Shown here: in pieces, positions 26,958 to 36,295 of the stretch
Position numbering within the stretch: position 1 is the first letter of the stretch
How the letters are laid out: each line of letters opens with the position of its first letter
Assembly: GCA_041649715.1 (NCBI GenBank)
Contig: JBAZMP010000003.1
Span: 167,690-231,689, forward strand
Origin: Patescibacteria group bacterium
GTDB lineage: Bacteria > Patescibacteriota > Patescibacteriia > JAXHNJ01
Direction of reading: 5' to 3'
Length of the DNA stretch: 64,000 nt
The notes under the pieces: generated by a model
What the model was told of the DNA's origin: nothing
The model's input: the letters and a program-made list of their open reading frames with translations, nothing else
Database searches by the model: none
Program-made: the position numbers and the translations under genes

Positions 26958-29900
26958 TTAGACCACAAAACCGATTCTTAGATCCTTTCCTTCAATTTTC
27001 AGGTCTTTATAAAAAGACAACTTCTCCAATTCTTCCTTTTTCCCCTCAATAATATCAGAGGCCAGTATCTCTTGCTTGAGTTTTTCCCCATAAACCGCCA
27101 AAAGTTTATCAAAAAATCCGGAGGCAGCGGCATATTTCAGCTTGATCCGGTTGCCCGGCGTCAATTTTGCTTCTTTACGCAAAGAATTTATTTGCCTTAT
27201 CAATTCCCTGACTATTCCCTCCTCCCTTAATTCATCGGTTAAAGTGATGTCGAGCGCCACCCAAAAACCGTAACTTTCTTTTACCTTGAACTCGCTACCT
27301 GCGGGTTTTGTTTTTCCCAGATGGATTTCTCTCACATTAAGCTCCTCGGCGATTATTTTTAATAATTTCTCGTCTAGATTCTTCGCGTTGGAAACAAGTG
27401 AAGTTAAAGGCTGCCGGACCTTAAAACCGTTTTCCGCCCGCAAGGCATGACCGGCTTCGACTATCTGCCGAACCAAAATCATGTCATTTATCACCGACTT
27501 TTCGATCTCCCTGTCTAACCCCGGCCAATCAGCTAAGTGTACCGACTCCTTCACTCCGCCGGTGGCCTGATAAAGTTCTTCCGCCAGAAAAGGCGTGAAA
27601 GGCGCCATCATCTTGCTCAATGTCAATAAAACATCCTCAAGCGTCGACAACGCTTCATTTTTTTCCGCTTCTGCGGCGCCCTTAAACCGGTTTCGGCTGC
27701 GCCGCAAATACCAGGTGGATAAATCATTGATAAAGACCTCCATCTTCCGGACCGCGTTCACTATCTCGTAATGCTCCAAATCTTTTGTCACTTCTTCAAT
27801 CAACAAATGAAGAGAGGTTAAAATCCAGATATCGAGGACATTTTTGCTTTCTATTGGCTTAACTTCGGTTCCGGCGTACATCTGGTAAAAACTTAAAACA
27901 TTAAAAAGAACCAAGAAGTTTTTCTTAACCACTGATTCTACGCCGGAAGCGTCAAAATTTTTGGTTTCACCCGGCTGATTCAAAGAATAAAAATACCAGC
28001 GGATGGCATCCGCGCCGAATTTTTCGAAAATCTCTTGCGGGTTTACGACATTGCCGCGCGACTTCGACATCTTCTGACCGTTTTTATCCAGGACCAAACC
28101 TAAGCAGATGACATTTTTATAGGCCGGACCTTTATCTAAAAGAGTGGAAATAGCCAAAAGAGTGTAAAACCAGCCGCGCGTCTGATCCATTGCTTCGGAA
28201 ATAAAATCCGCCGGAAAACCCGTCCCTTTATCAATCTTTTCCTTGTTCTCAAAGGGATAATGGACTTGAGCGAAGGGCATAGAACCGGAATCAAACCAGC
28301 AATCAATCACTTCCGGCACCCGCTTCATTTCCCCGCCGCATTCACAGAGAGCTTTTACCTGGTCCACAAACGGCCGGTGAAGATTTATTTCTTGTAATTC
28401 TGGATTTACGTAAAATACCCTTGGATCTGCCCCGGTTTTATGACCATAAATCTCCTTTATTGCCTGCGAAACGGAATAATGGCGCAAATAATCCGCGAAC
28501 ATGACAATCTGTGCCTGGTGAGTGACGCAAAGGACGTTATGCCCTTGGTATTTTTTGACTAAATTATCGGCAAAAACAACAATTCTTTTTTTAACGTCTT
28601 CAAACGACTCTCCGGCTTGGCTATGTTTTATCGTTAAAGCTTCGGGACTGGCCTTTTCCCGGTATGCCAAAAATCGGCGATAATCATGATCATTTTTAAT
28701 AAGCTCGTTATGGGTTTTTTCCTCCCATGACCCCTCAAATATTTCATTAAGATCCTTATCCTCAATAATTTTCACTTTCAGGGATCGATTGATTATTTCC
28801 GCTGTTTGTTTGGCCCTTAAAGTCGGCGAGGTAAAGATGATATCAATATTTTTTCCCGCTAACTGCTGGGCATAATTTTCCGCTTGTTTTTTGCCTAAGG
28901 CAGTGAGAGGATATTTATCCGGGGCCGAACTGTCAATCCCTTTTACATTTTTTTCGCTTTCGGCGTGGCGAACCAAAATCAATTTTGTCGGTTTTTCTGC
29001 CGCCTTTAGCCTTAATTCCTCCCGGGAACCGAAACACTGATATTTGTGACATTTTTCGCACTGCCAGACAGGCAAGGGCGTACCCCAATAGCGTTCGCGG
29101 CTGATAGCCCAATCTTTTACCTCGTTAATCCACTCGCCAAAGCGGCCTTCTTTAATATAGTCCGGCACCCAATTAATTTTTTCATTATTCTTTTTTAGCT
29201 TTTCTCGTAAAGCCGACATCTTAATAAACCAGGAATTCTTGGCGTAATAAAGCAGGGGCGAATCGCAGCGCCAGCAAAAAGGGTAATCATGGGTATATTT
29301 TTCCGTTTTATAAAGAAGATTTTTTTTCTTCAAATAATCGATGATCTCCTCTTCCAGTTTTTTATCTTTTACAAATCTCCCCTGCCAGGGTTTTACCAAG
29401 GAGTTAAAAATGCCATTCTCATCTAGGGTATGAATTTTCGGCAGGCCGATTTTCTCGCCTAAGTTATAATCGTCTTCCCCATACATCACGGCGGTGTGTA
29501 CCACGCCTGTTCCGTCTTCGACGGTGACAAAATCGGCGAGAGTCAAATAATAAGCCTTTTTGCCCCCTTCTTTTTCTAGATCAAGAAAATCAAATAAGGG
29601 CTTGTATTTTTTCCCTTCCAGCTCTTTTGCCGAGTACTCTTTTATCACCTCGTGATCACCCTGCAAAACATTTAACCGATCTTTGGCTAAAATAAGGAAC
29701 TCATTTCCCTGTCTGATTTTTACATACTTAAAGGACTCACCTAGGGCCAGGGCGACATTGCCCGGCAAAGTCCAGGGAGTAGTGGTCCAGGCTAAAACAA
29801 AAGTCCCGGGCTCATCAGCCAGTTCGAATTTAATATAAACCGAATCCTCGGTCACGGATTTGTACCCTTGGGCGACTTCATGCGAAGAAAGAGCCGTGCC

Positions 29901-30434
29901 ACAGCGCGGGCATTGGGGAACCACCTTATACCCCAAATACAATAATTTTTTATCCCAGACCTGCTTTAAGATCCACCAGACGCTTTCAATATAATCATTG
30001 TCGTAAGTGACATAAGGATATTCTAAATCCAGCCAAAAACCCAGACGTTTTGTCATTTCTTCCCATTCGGTTTTATATTTCCAAACATTTGAACGGCACT
30101 GATCATTGAATTTACCCAGACCGTATTTTTCAATCTGGGGCTTGCCGGAAATCTTAAGTTCCTTTTCCACTTCCAGCTCCACCGGCAATCCGTGCGTGTC
30201 CCAGCCGGCTTTTCGCTCCACGTAAAAGCCCCGCATGGTTTTGTAGCGCGGAATCACGTCCTTAAAGGCCCGGGCCAAAACATGATGAATGCCGGGTTTG
30301 CCGTTGGCGGTGGGCGGACCTTCAAAGAAAATAAAAGGATGACCTTTTTTCGTCTTTTCCAGGGTTTTCTTAAAAATATCCTTTTCTTCCCAGAATTTTA
30401 GGGTTTTCTTTTCTGCTTCCGGAAAATTTATCAT
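26958..30434 (-). CDS. ileS: isoleucyl-tRNA synthetase (type 2) with an inserted histidine-phosphatase (PGAM-like) domain
   Basis: HIGH PTANGKPGIHHV, editing domain, KMSKS KMSKSRGN, zinc knuckles WQCEKCHKYQC / CECGG; between them ~195 aa LILVRHAESEKN...VLCVTHQAQIV (RHG and second-His motifs of histidine phosphatase superfamily). Confidence 0.9.
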   Translation of the reverse strand: MINFPEAEKKTLKFWEEKDIFKKTLEKTKKGHPFIFFEGPPTANGKPGIHHVLARAFKDVIPRYKTMRGFYVERKAGWDTHGLPVELEVEKELKISGKPQIEKYGLGKFNDQCRSNVWKYKTEWEEMTKRLGFWLDLEYPYVTYDNDYIESVWWILKQVWDKKLLYLGYKVVPQCPRCGTALSSHEVAQGYKSVTEDSVYIKFELADEPGTFVLAWTTTPWTLPGNVALALGESFKYVKIRQGNEFLILAKDRLNVLQGDHEVIKEYSAKELEGKKYKPLFDFLDLEKEGGKKAYYLTLADFVTVEDGTGVVHTAVMYGEDDYNLGEKIGLPKIHTLDENGIFNSLVKPWQGRFVKDKKLEEEIIDYLKKKNLLYKTEKYTHDYPFCWRCDSPLLYYAKNSWFIKMSALREKLKKNNEKINWVPDYIKEGRFGEWINEVKDWAISRERYWGTPLPVWQCEKCHKYQCFGSREELRLKAAEKPTKLILVRHAESEKNVKGIDSSAPDKYPLTALGKKQAENYAQQLAGKNIDIIFTSPTLRAKQTAEIINRSLKVKIIEDKDLNEIFEGSWEEKTHNELIKNDHDYRRFLAYREKASPEALTIKHSQAGESFEDVKKRIVVFADNLVKKYQGHNVLCVTHQAQIVMFADYLRHYSVSQAIKEIYGHKTGADPRVFYVNPELQEINLHRPFVDQVKALCECGGEMKRVPEVIDCWFDSGSMPFAQVHYPFENKEKIDKGTGFPADFISEAMDQTRGWFYTLLAISTLLDKGPAYKNVICLGLVLDKNGQKMSKSRGNVVNPQEIFEKFGADAIRWYFYSLNQPGETKNFDASGVESVVKKNFLVLFNVLSFYQMYAGTEVKPIESKNVLDIWILTSLHLLIEEVTKDLEHYEIVNAVRKMEVFINDLSTWYLRRSRNRFKGAAEAEKNEALSTLEDVLLTLSKMMAPFTPFLAEELYQATGGVKESVHLADWPGLDREIEKSVINDMILVRQIVEAGHALRAENGFKVRQPLTSLVSNAKNLDEKLLKIIAEELNVREIHLGKTKPAGSEFKVKESYGFWVALDITLTDELREEGIVRELIRQINSLRKEAKLTPGNRIKLKYAAASGFFDKLLAVYGEKLKQEILASDIIEGKKEELEKLSFYKDLKIEGKDLRIGFVV

Positions 30435-30496
30435 ATAAAAAAATAAGCCTAATGCTTATATTTTAGAGGAAAATGACGGGTTTGGCAAGTCGGCTA

Positions 30497-30525
30497 TTGA
30501 CAAAAACAAAAAGTAGTGCTATTAT
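30497..30525 (+). promoter_or_regulatory. sigma70-like promoter (TTGACA -N17- TATTAT)
   Basis: Consensus -35 and near-consensus -10 with 17-nt spacer ~55 nt upstream of ATG at 30581. Confidence 0.55.
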
Positions 30526-30580
30526 GAACTATTAATTTTTCTCGTTCTTTGATAGATCGGAAATGGAGGAGGTGTTTGAT

Positions 30581-31165
30581 ATGATATCGGTTGTCTTAAG
30601 TTCGATCGCTATCATCGGTCATGTCATCGCCTTCGTCATATACAATAAACAGATGCTGAAAGGCGAATCAAGGCCGAATGCGGCCACCTGGAGTATTTGG
30701 GTACTAGGTGTCGGTTTGAATTGTGCCACTTATATCGTTATGAGTGGCGATATCATTAAGGCCTTGATACTTCTGGCCGGTTCCTTAGGCTGTACCTGGA
30801 CTTTCTTTTTTTCTCTGTTTAAGGGCAAGCTCACGCGGCTAAACCCCTGGGATATTGTCGCCATGATCATTGGCTTCTTCGCCTCGTTTGTCTGGTGGCA
30901 CTACCGTAATGCGACGATGGCCAACATGATTTTGCAAATCCCCATCGTCATCTCCTTCTTACCCACCTATCGTGGTATCATCCGAAATCCCCGGAATGAA
31001 AAAGCGTTACCCTGGTTTCTCTGGTCAGGCGCTTACCTGCTAACTATTTTCACTGTTATTTTACGTTGGCAGGATAAACCCCTGGATCTGGTCAATCCCA
31101 TCAACTATCTCTTTCTCCATGCAGGTATCGGTTTGTTCGCCCAACGGAAAAAACTTCCGTCCTAA
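30581..31165 (+). CDS. hypothetical polytopic membrane protein (~6 TM)
   Basis: GGAGGAGG SD 7 nt upstream of ATG (MISVVL...); hydrophobic helices; bidirectional terminator downstream. Confidence 0.5.
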   Translation: MISVVLSSIAIIGHVIAFVIYNKQMLKGESRPNAATWSIWVLGVGLNCATYIVMSGDIIKALILLAGSLGCTWTFFFSLFKGKLTRLNPWDIVAMIIGFFASFVWWHYRNATMANMILQIPIVISFLPTYRGIIRNPRNEKALPWFLWSGAYLLTIFTVILRWQDKPLDLVNPINYLFLHAGIGLFAQRKKLPS

Positions 31166-31201
31166 AAGCCATGTCGTTCCCACGACCTCTGGCTTTTTTT
31201 C
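31163..31201. terminator. bidirectional intrinsic terminator between convergent genes
   Basis: AAAAGCCA-T-GTCGT-TCCC-ACGAC-CTC-TGGCTT-TTTTT; A-run and T-run flank nested stem. Confidence 0.6.
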
Positions 31202-31251
31202 TTAACAAAAATTAATAAACTAGTCTCTCGATTCCTTAATAGCCTAGTCGC

Positions 31252-31473
31252 TCAATCTCTCAATATCTCAATCTCTTTCGTTCGGCTTTTCTCCCCCGCT
31301 AAAATAGCGACTCTGCTTTTACTGACGTCAAAATACTCCGCCAGTAATTTAATCAACGCCTTGTTCGCTCTCCCCTTTTCCGGAGGTGCCGTTATTTTAA
31401 CTTTTAAAAAATCCCCTTGGCGGGAAATTTGGTTAATTCTGGCTTTGGGAAAAACCTTGACCTTAATCACCAT
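31252..31473 (-). CDS. YggU/DUF167 family protein
   Basis: KVKVFPKARINQI...LKVKITAPPEKGRANKALIKLLAEYFDVSKSRVAILAGEKSRTKEIEI matches UPF0235; start placed at internal MVIK. Confidence 0.6.
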   Translation of the reverse strand: MVIKVKVFPKARINQISRQGDFLKVKITAPPEKGRANKALIKLLAEYFDVSKSRVAILAGEKSRTKEIEILRD

Positions 31474-31478
31474 TATAT

Positions 31479-32636
31479 CTATTTCTCTTTGCGGGTTAAT
31501 TGACAGACTCTTTCGTATACTTTTAAAGTCTCGCGGGCGCATTTTTCCCAGGAGAATTTTTTAGCCTGCTCATATCCTTTTTTAATCATCGCTTCTCTCT
31601 TAGTCTTGCTGCCTAGCACTTTTTCCAAAGCTTTAGCGATACTTTCTGAACGTTGGGGGTTGACATACTCCGCCGCTTCCCCGCAAACCTCGGGGAGCGA
31701 GGAAGTTTTGGAAACGACCACCGGGCAACCTAGAGACATCGCTTCCAGGGGAGGCAGGCCGAAACCCTCATAAAATGACGGAAAGACAAAGACGGTCGCC
31801 TGCTTCAATAGATCAATCTTGAAATTATGCGGGATGTATTCCAGATATTTCACCCTCTCTTTCAGTTTAAGTTTATTGATCAAACGGAAAATATTCTTGC
31901 TCTTCCAGCCGCGCATCCCCGCCAGCACCAAGTCATACGCGGCGAATCTGGGTTTTTCCTTGATCAATTGGCTGTAAGCCTGCAGCAATCTTAAAAGATT
32001 CTTTCGCGGCTCCAGGGTGCCGACAAAAAGTATATATTTGTCCTTCAGGTTATAACGCTTTAGGGCGGAAATATCTTTCGTCCGGGTCGGATATTTATCG
32101 ACCGTCACGCTTTCATAAACCACCGAGATTTTTTCGGAAGGGATCTTAAATAGCTTAATAATGTCCCTTTTAGTCGCCTGCGATACCGCGATAATATGCT
32201 TCGCCTTTTTCATGCTCTTCGGCACCAAGAAGCGGGTGGAAAACTTCTGGCCGGAGGGAAACCATTTCTTTTCCTTGTAAATGGCCAGGTCATGCACGGT
32301 CACCACCGAGGGCTTATTGTAATTATAGGGGATGACATTCGCCGGGCTATGATAAACATCCAGTTTCTCTTTGCCGAGTTCGGCCGCGATCAAAAGATGA
32401 GAATAGGTAAAAGGAAGAAATTTCTTGTATTGTGAAAAAGGGAAATATTTTATCTCAAAATTTTTCTGCTTGAACTCCCGGGTGTCCGTGACGCGATAAT
32501 CAAAAAACAAGACGTATTGATTCTTCTTGTCAATCCGCATCAAGTTCTTGACCAGGTAATAATTGTAGTGGCCGATCCCCGCTTTTTCGCCCCGCGAGGG
32601 AGAAAGCATGGTCCGGCAATCAATGCCAATTCTCAT
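31479..32636 (-). CDS. GT4-family glycosyltransferase
   Basis: C-terminal EGFGLPPLEAMSLGCPVVVS motif of GT-B retaining glycosyltransferases. Confidence 0.8.
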   Translation of the reverse strand: MRIGIDCRTMLSPSRGEKAGIGHYNYYLVKNLMRIDKKNQYVLFFDYRVTDTREFKQKNFEIKYFPFSQYKKFLPFTYSHLLIAAELGKEKLDVYHSPANVIPYNYNKPSVVTVHDLAIYKEKKWFPSGQKFSTRFLVPKSMKKAKHIIAVSQATKRDIIKLFKIPSEKISVVYESVTVDKYPTRTKDISALKRYNLKDKYILFVGTLEPRKNLLRLLQAYSQLIKEKPRFAAYDLVLAGMRGWKSKNIFRLINKLKLKERVKYLEYIPHNFKIDLLKQATVFVFPSFYEGFGLPPLEAMSLGCPVVVSKTSSLPEVCGEAAEYVNPQRSESIAKALEKVLGSKTKREAMIKKGYEQAKKFSWEKCARETLKVYERVCQLTRKEK

Positions 32637-32699
32637 TTTTATTATGTAGGTTTAAGGTGTTGGAAGAATGAACCGCGCGGTTCATTCGAAACACTTTAG

Positions 32700-32770
32700 A
32701 CGTTCTATCGCTTTCGCTCGCTCTAAACGTTTTGTACGAGCCACGAAGTGACGATAGAACGGTTACAACG
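32700..32770. repeat. palindromic element copy A (CGTTCTATCGC ... CGATAGAACGG) related to the ssrA 5' flank
   Basis: Inverted 10-11-bp arms 32703-32713 / 32748-32758; right arm plus following GGTTACAACGA resembles the CGATAGAACGTTAACAAGG at the tmRNA 5' end. Confidence 0.5.
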
Positions 32771-32789
32771 ATTTGAACGACTAAGGCGT

Positions 32790-34430
32790 CTACATCCGAT
32801 CCGGCGCCGAAATACCCATAAGCGCCAGGACCTTCATTAAAGCAAACTTTGTCAGTTTTATCAACTCGTAACGTTTGATTTTTAACTTATCGTTGTCAAT
32901 CACCCGGCACACGGTATAAAAATCATGGAACTTTGCGGCCAGATTTTGGGCGTAAAAAGGCAATTTTTGCACCTCATAATTTCCGGCGACCTCCTCTATT
33001 ATTTCTGGCAATTTAATGATTTCCTTGACCAGGTTCAACTCTTCCTTCTTGCGCAATGGTTCCCTGTCCTGCTGTTTTGCTTTCCGGGTGTATTTCGCCG
33101 CCTTTTTTATTATACTACAAATACGGGCGTGGGCGTACTGGACATAATAGACCGGATTTTTCTCGGATTTCTCGCGGCCCAGATCAAGGTCAAAATCCAG
33201 ATGAGTATCAGCGGCATACATCAAAAAGAAAAAACGCGCCACATCCGGCCCGACCTCATCGATCAATTCTTCCAGAGTGACAAAAGTGCCGCCCCGTTTG
33301 GACATCTTGATCTCTTGGCCGCCCTTTATCAGTCTTACCAATTGAAAAATTACGATATCCAATTTCCCCTCAAGATCCAGGGCTCGCAGAGCGGCCTGCA
33401 TCCGGCCTTGGTGGCCGAAATGATCCGCCCCCCAAAAATCGATGGCCTTATCGAATTTCCTCAAGGCGAACTTATCATAATGGTAAGCGATATCAGAAAG
33501 AAAATAAGTCGGTTCACCGTCTTTTTTTAAAAGAACCCGGTCTTTGTCATCGCCGAAAAAAGTGGTCTTAAGGAACAGAGCTCCTTCCTGCTTATAAAGA
33601 AGTTCCTTTCCTTTGAATATATTGATGACCTTATCCGTTAACTTCCTTTGGTATAAAGATTTTTCGGAAAACCAACGGTCAAATTTTATCTTCAGGCGCT
33701 TGGTCACAAAACGTTTGATCTCATCCATCATTAGTTTAAGCACTCTTTCCCTGATTCTCTGGCGCACCTTATCGATATTCTTAAGCTTATAATTATTGAC
33801 GGTCGCCAATTTTTTCGCCAGCTCAATCACGTAGTCTCCCTTGTAACAATAGTCCGGATAATCCAGTTTTATCCCCTGCTGCTGGAAAAAGCGGATGCGG
33901 ACCGATTCCGCCAAAACCTCGATCTGATGGCCCATGTCATTAAGATAATATTCCCGCTGGACGGCAAACCCCGCCGCTTTCAAGACATTGGCCAGGACAT
34001 CGCCCGTAAAGGCGCCGCGGCCGTTGCCCAAATGCAAAGGCCCGGTCGGATTGGCGGAGATAAACTCCACCTGCACCTTCTTGCCTCGGCCGAAGTCCGA
34101 CTGACCGAATTTTAGGTTTTTGGCCTGGCGACTGACCTGCCGCCTTAACCAATCTTCCGATAAATAACAATTTATAAACCCGGGCGCCACCACCATGGCC
34201 TTGCCTATCGCGGCCGGCCAGACCACCCCCTTGATCAGCTGATGCCCAATCTCCATGGCGTTTTTTCCCAAAAGGGGCGCTAATTGCATGGCCAGATTAG
34301 TGGAATAATCACCGAAGCGCTCCTCTTTCGGTCTTTCTACGGCAAAATTTACTTTGGTCAAATTTTCCGGCCAAAGCGTTTCCAGCTGTCGTTTTATTTT
34401 TTCTTCGATCTGAATCTTCAACGTTTTCAT
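32790..34430 (-). CDS. argS: arginyl-tRNA synthetase
   Basis: Class I signature PTGPLHLGNGRGA, KMSKRGG, C-terminal anticodon-binding domain; start placed at MKTLKIQ (track start is GTG upstream). Confidence 0.85.
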   Translation of the reverse strand: MKTLKIQIEEKIKRQLETLWPENLTKVNFAVERPKEERFGDYSTNLAMQLAPLLGKNAMEIGHQLIKGVVWPAAIGKAMVVAPGFINCYLSEDWLRRQVSRQAKNLKFGQSDFGRGKKVQVEFISANPTGPLHLGNGRGAFTGDVLANVLKAAGFAVQREYYLNDMGHQIEVLAESVRIRFFQQQGIKLDYPDYCYKGDYVIELAKKLATVNNYKLKNIDKVRQRIRERVLKLMMDEIKRFVTKRLKIKFDRWFSEKSLYQRKLTDKVINIFKGKELLYKQEGALFLKTTFFGDDKDRVLLKKDGEPTYFLSDIAYHYDKFALRKFDKAIDFWGADHFGHQGRMQAALRALDLEGKLDIVIFQLVRLIKGGQEIKMSKRGGTFVTLEELIDEVGPDVARFFFLMYAADTHLDFDLDLGREKSEKNPVYYVQYAHARICSIIKKAAKYTRKAKQQDREPLRKKEELNLVKEIIKLPEIIEEVAGNYEVQKLPFYAQNLAAKFHDFYTVCRVIDNDKLKIKRYELIKLTKFALMKVLALMGISAPDRM

Positions 34431-34529
34431 AATTTTATTATAACGGAAAATTTGATTTAAGAAAAGGAAACTCCCTCCCCTTTTTGACACTCCCCCCTTT
34501 CGCTGATTTATGCTAATCTAATAATACTT

Positions 34530-34982
34530 ATGAGTCTTATCGCCAAAAATAAATTCGCCTATTTTGACTATCATATCCTCAAAGAATATGAAGCGGGAAT
34601 CGTCCTGGCGGGTCCGGAGGTAAAATCAGTCAAGCTCGGGCAGATCAATTTAAAGGGCTCTTACGTCAGTTTAAGGAACAATGAGCCCTGGTTAATTAAT
34701 GCCCACATTTCACCCTACAAAATGGCGGTTGGCGCCCAAAAAAAATACGAGCCGACCCATGATCGCAAACTACTTTTAAGGGCATCGGAGATAAGAAGCT
34801 TGATCGGCCAGTCAAAATCGCAAGGGTTGACATTGATACCCCTTTCTGTTTATACTGTAAGAAGGCTTGTAAAAATCCGATTAGCCTTGGGCCGCGGCAA
34901 AAAGAAGTATGACAAGCGGGATTCAATCAAAAAACGGGAAGAAGACCGCCGTTTACAGCGGGCCATGCGCCGGAAGTATTAA
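34530..34982 (+). CDS. smpB: SsrA-binding protein
   Basis: KNKFAYFDYHILKEYEAGIVLAGPEVKS...; basic C-terminal tail. Confidence 0.9.
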   Translation: MSLIAKNKFAYFDYHILKEYEAGIVLAGPEVKSVKLGQINLKGSYVSLRNNEPWLINAHISPYKMAVGAQKKYEPTHDRKLLLRASEIRSLIGQSKSQGLTLIPLSVYTVRRLVKIRLALGRGKKKYDKRDSIKKREEDRRLQRAMRRKY

Positions 34983-34984
34983 GC

Positions 34985-35100
34985 GCTCTATTCGTTCTAT
35001 CGCCTTCGGGCTAGTACAAAGGATTAGAACGAGTGAACCGACAGAACGCCTAAAAAGATTACAACATACACGGGGATGCCAAAATTCGATAGAACGTTAA
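34985..35100. repeat. palindromic element copy B (TTCGTTCTATCGCC ... TTCGATAGAACGTT) spanning smpB-ssrA junction
   Basis: Left arm 34988-35000, right arm 35086-35099 lies inside tmRNA 5' region. Confidence 0.5.
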
Positions 35101-35462
35101 CAAGGTAAGCTATGCAAGCCGAGCCCGATGGAAACTCGCTAAAAGTCCGTCAAATGATAAGTGTCAAAAACTTATTCAGCAAACTAAGAGAAGCTTTTTC
35201 TCCTAAATTTGCTTTTGCTGCCGTTTAATTAACCGCAGCCATCTGTAAAAGCTGATACCTAATAGGCTCTTATGGGTGTCAAAATATTAGGCATGACTGA
35301 CCGGTTGTCTTGGCGGGTCAGTCGAGAGCACAAAAAGACTTTAGACTTTAAGGTTTTGTTTCTTTCCCACTTAGAGTCCGAACTAAAACCAAAGAAAACA
35401 CGCTTGTAGAATATTTTGCCTTTACTTTCTAGACGCGGGTGCAAGGCCCGCCATCTCCACCA
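35072..35462 (+). ncRNA. ssrA: tmRNA (SsrA)
   Basis: 5' GGGGATG pairs with 3' CATCTCC-ACCA giving a 7-bp acceptor stem with G3:U70 (alanine identity); T-arm GCGGG-TGCAAGG-CCCGC; ATTCGA D-loop-like motif; PK1-like TATGCAAGCCGAG; immediately downstream of smpB; candidate tag ORF ending ...KFAFAAV-TAA near 35200-35230 (uncertain). Confidence 0.75.
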
Positions 35463-35541
35463 TTCGGTTCGCCGTTTTTTACTCAAAATAAAAAAAGTCA
35501 GCCTCATTGTTTTCAATTATCTAATTATTAACTAAAAACCT

Positions 35542-36045
35542 ATCAAAAGACTCCGCATAAACCGCCAGATACGCGTCCCGCAAGTCATTGTGATTGACGA
35601 AAAAAATATTAATCTTGGCCCCCTTGATACCTATAAGGCCCAAGCCTTGGCTGAAGAGCGTGGCCTTGACCTTGTAGAAGTCAGCCCCAAGGGCAATCCG
35701 CCGGTCGCAAGGATTCTTGACTTTGGCGCCTATTTGTTCCAACAGGAAAAACAGGAAAGAAAACATAGGGCGAAACAGAAAAAGATTGAAGTCAAGTGTA
35801 TCAGGCTTACTCTAGCGATCGGCAAGCATGATCTAGAGGTCAGAAAAAAGCAAGCCGAAAAGTTTCTGAATGACGGCCACAAAGTCAAAATTGAAATGAT
35901 GCTTCACGGCCGGGAAATCGCCCATCAGGACCTTGGCCGGCAGATCATTTTTGAATTCATCAAAGAACTGGGTGACCAGGTTTTCTTAGAGCAAATGCTG
36001 ACCCGTCAGGGCCGAAAGTTTTTCACCATTGTTTATAAGAAATAA
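35542..36045 (+). CDS. infC: translation initiation factor IF-3, probable non-AUG start
   Basis: KRLRINRQIRVPQVIVIDEKNINLGPL...GLDLVEVSPKGNPPVARILDFG aligns with IF3 N-domain upstream of the track GTG start; no in-frame ATG, candidate ATC/ATA/ATT start (infC autoregulation feature). Confidence 0.7.
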   Translation: MKRLRINRQIRVPQVIVIDEKNINLGPLDTYKAQALAEERGLDLVEVSPKGNPPVARILDFGAYLFQQEKQERKHRAKQKKIEVKCIRLTLAIGKHDLEVRKKQAEKFLNDGHKVKIEMMLHGREIAHQDLGRQIIFEFIKELGDQVFLEQMLTRQGRKFFTIVYKK

Positions 36046-36076
36046 CGGGACATCATACCAATAATAATTATAATAT

Positions 36077-36295
36077 ATGCCAAAGATCAAAACCCACAAA
36101 GCAACGGTAAAAAGATTCCGTAAGACCAGCGGCGGAAAATTCATGTTCCGTCAGACCGGTCAGGACCACTTCAACGCCCGCGATTATCCCACTAAAACCA
36201 TGGGTAAAAGAAAAGATATTAGAATCGCGAGAACCAATTTAAAGGCCATTAAGAAACTAATTCCCTATTACAGGACGAAAAAATATGCGCGTTAA
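36077..36295 (+). CDS. rpmI: 50S ribosomal protein L35
   Basis: MPKIKTHKATVKRFRKTSGGKF. Confidence 0.9.
   Translation: MPKIKTHKATVKRFRKTSGGKFMFRQTGQDHFNARDYPTKTMGKRKDIRIARTNLKAIKKLIPYYRTKKYAR

Noticed and set aside
30563-30580. Upstream ATG (MEEVFD...) as start of the membrane protein gene
   Set aside because: The GGAGGAGG SD lies inside that extension, 7 nt before the second ATG. The downstream ATG is the better-supported start.
35259-35766. Two minus-strand ORFs (85 aa and 81 aa) over the tmRNA and infC 5' region
   Set aside because: They overlap a confidently folded tmRNA and the IF3 N-terminal coding region. No RBS or homology.
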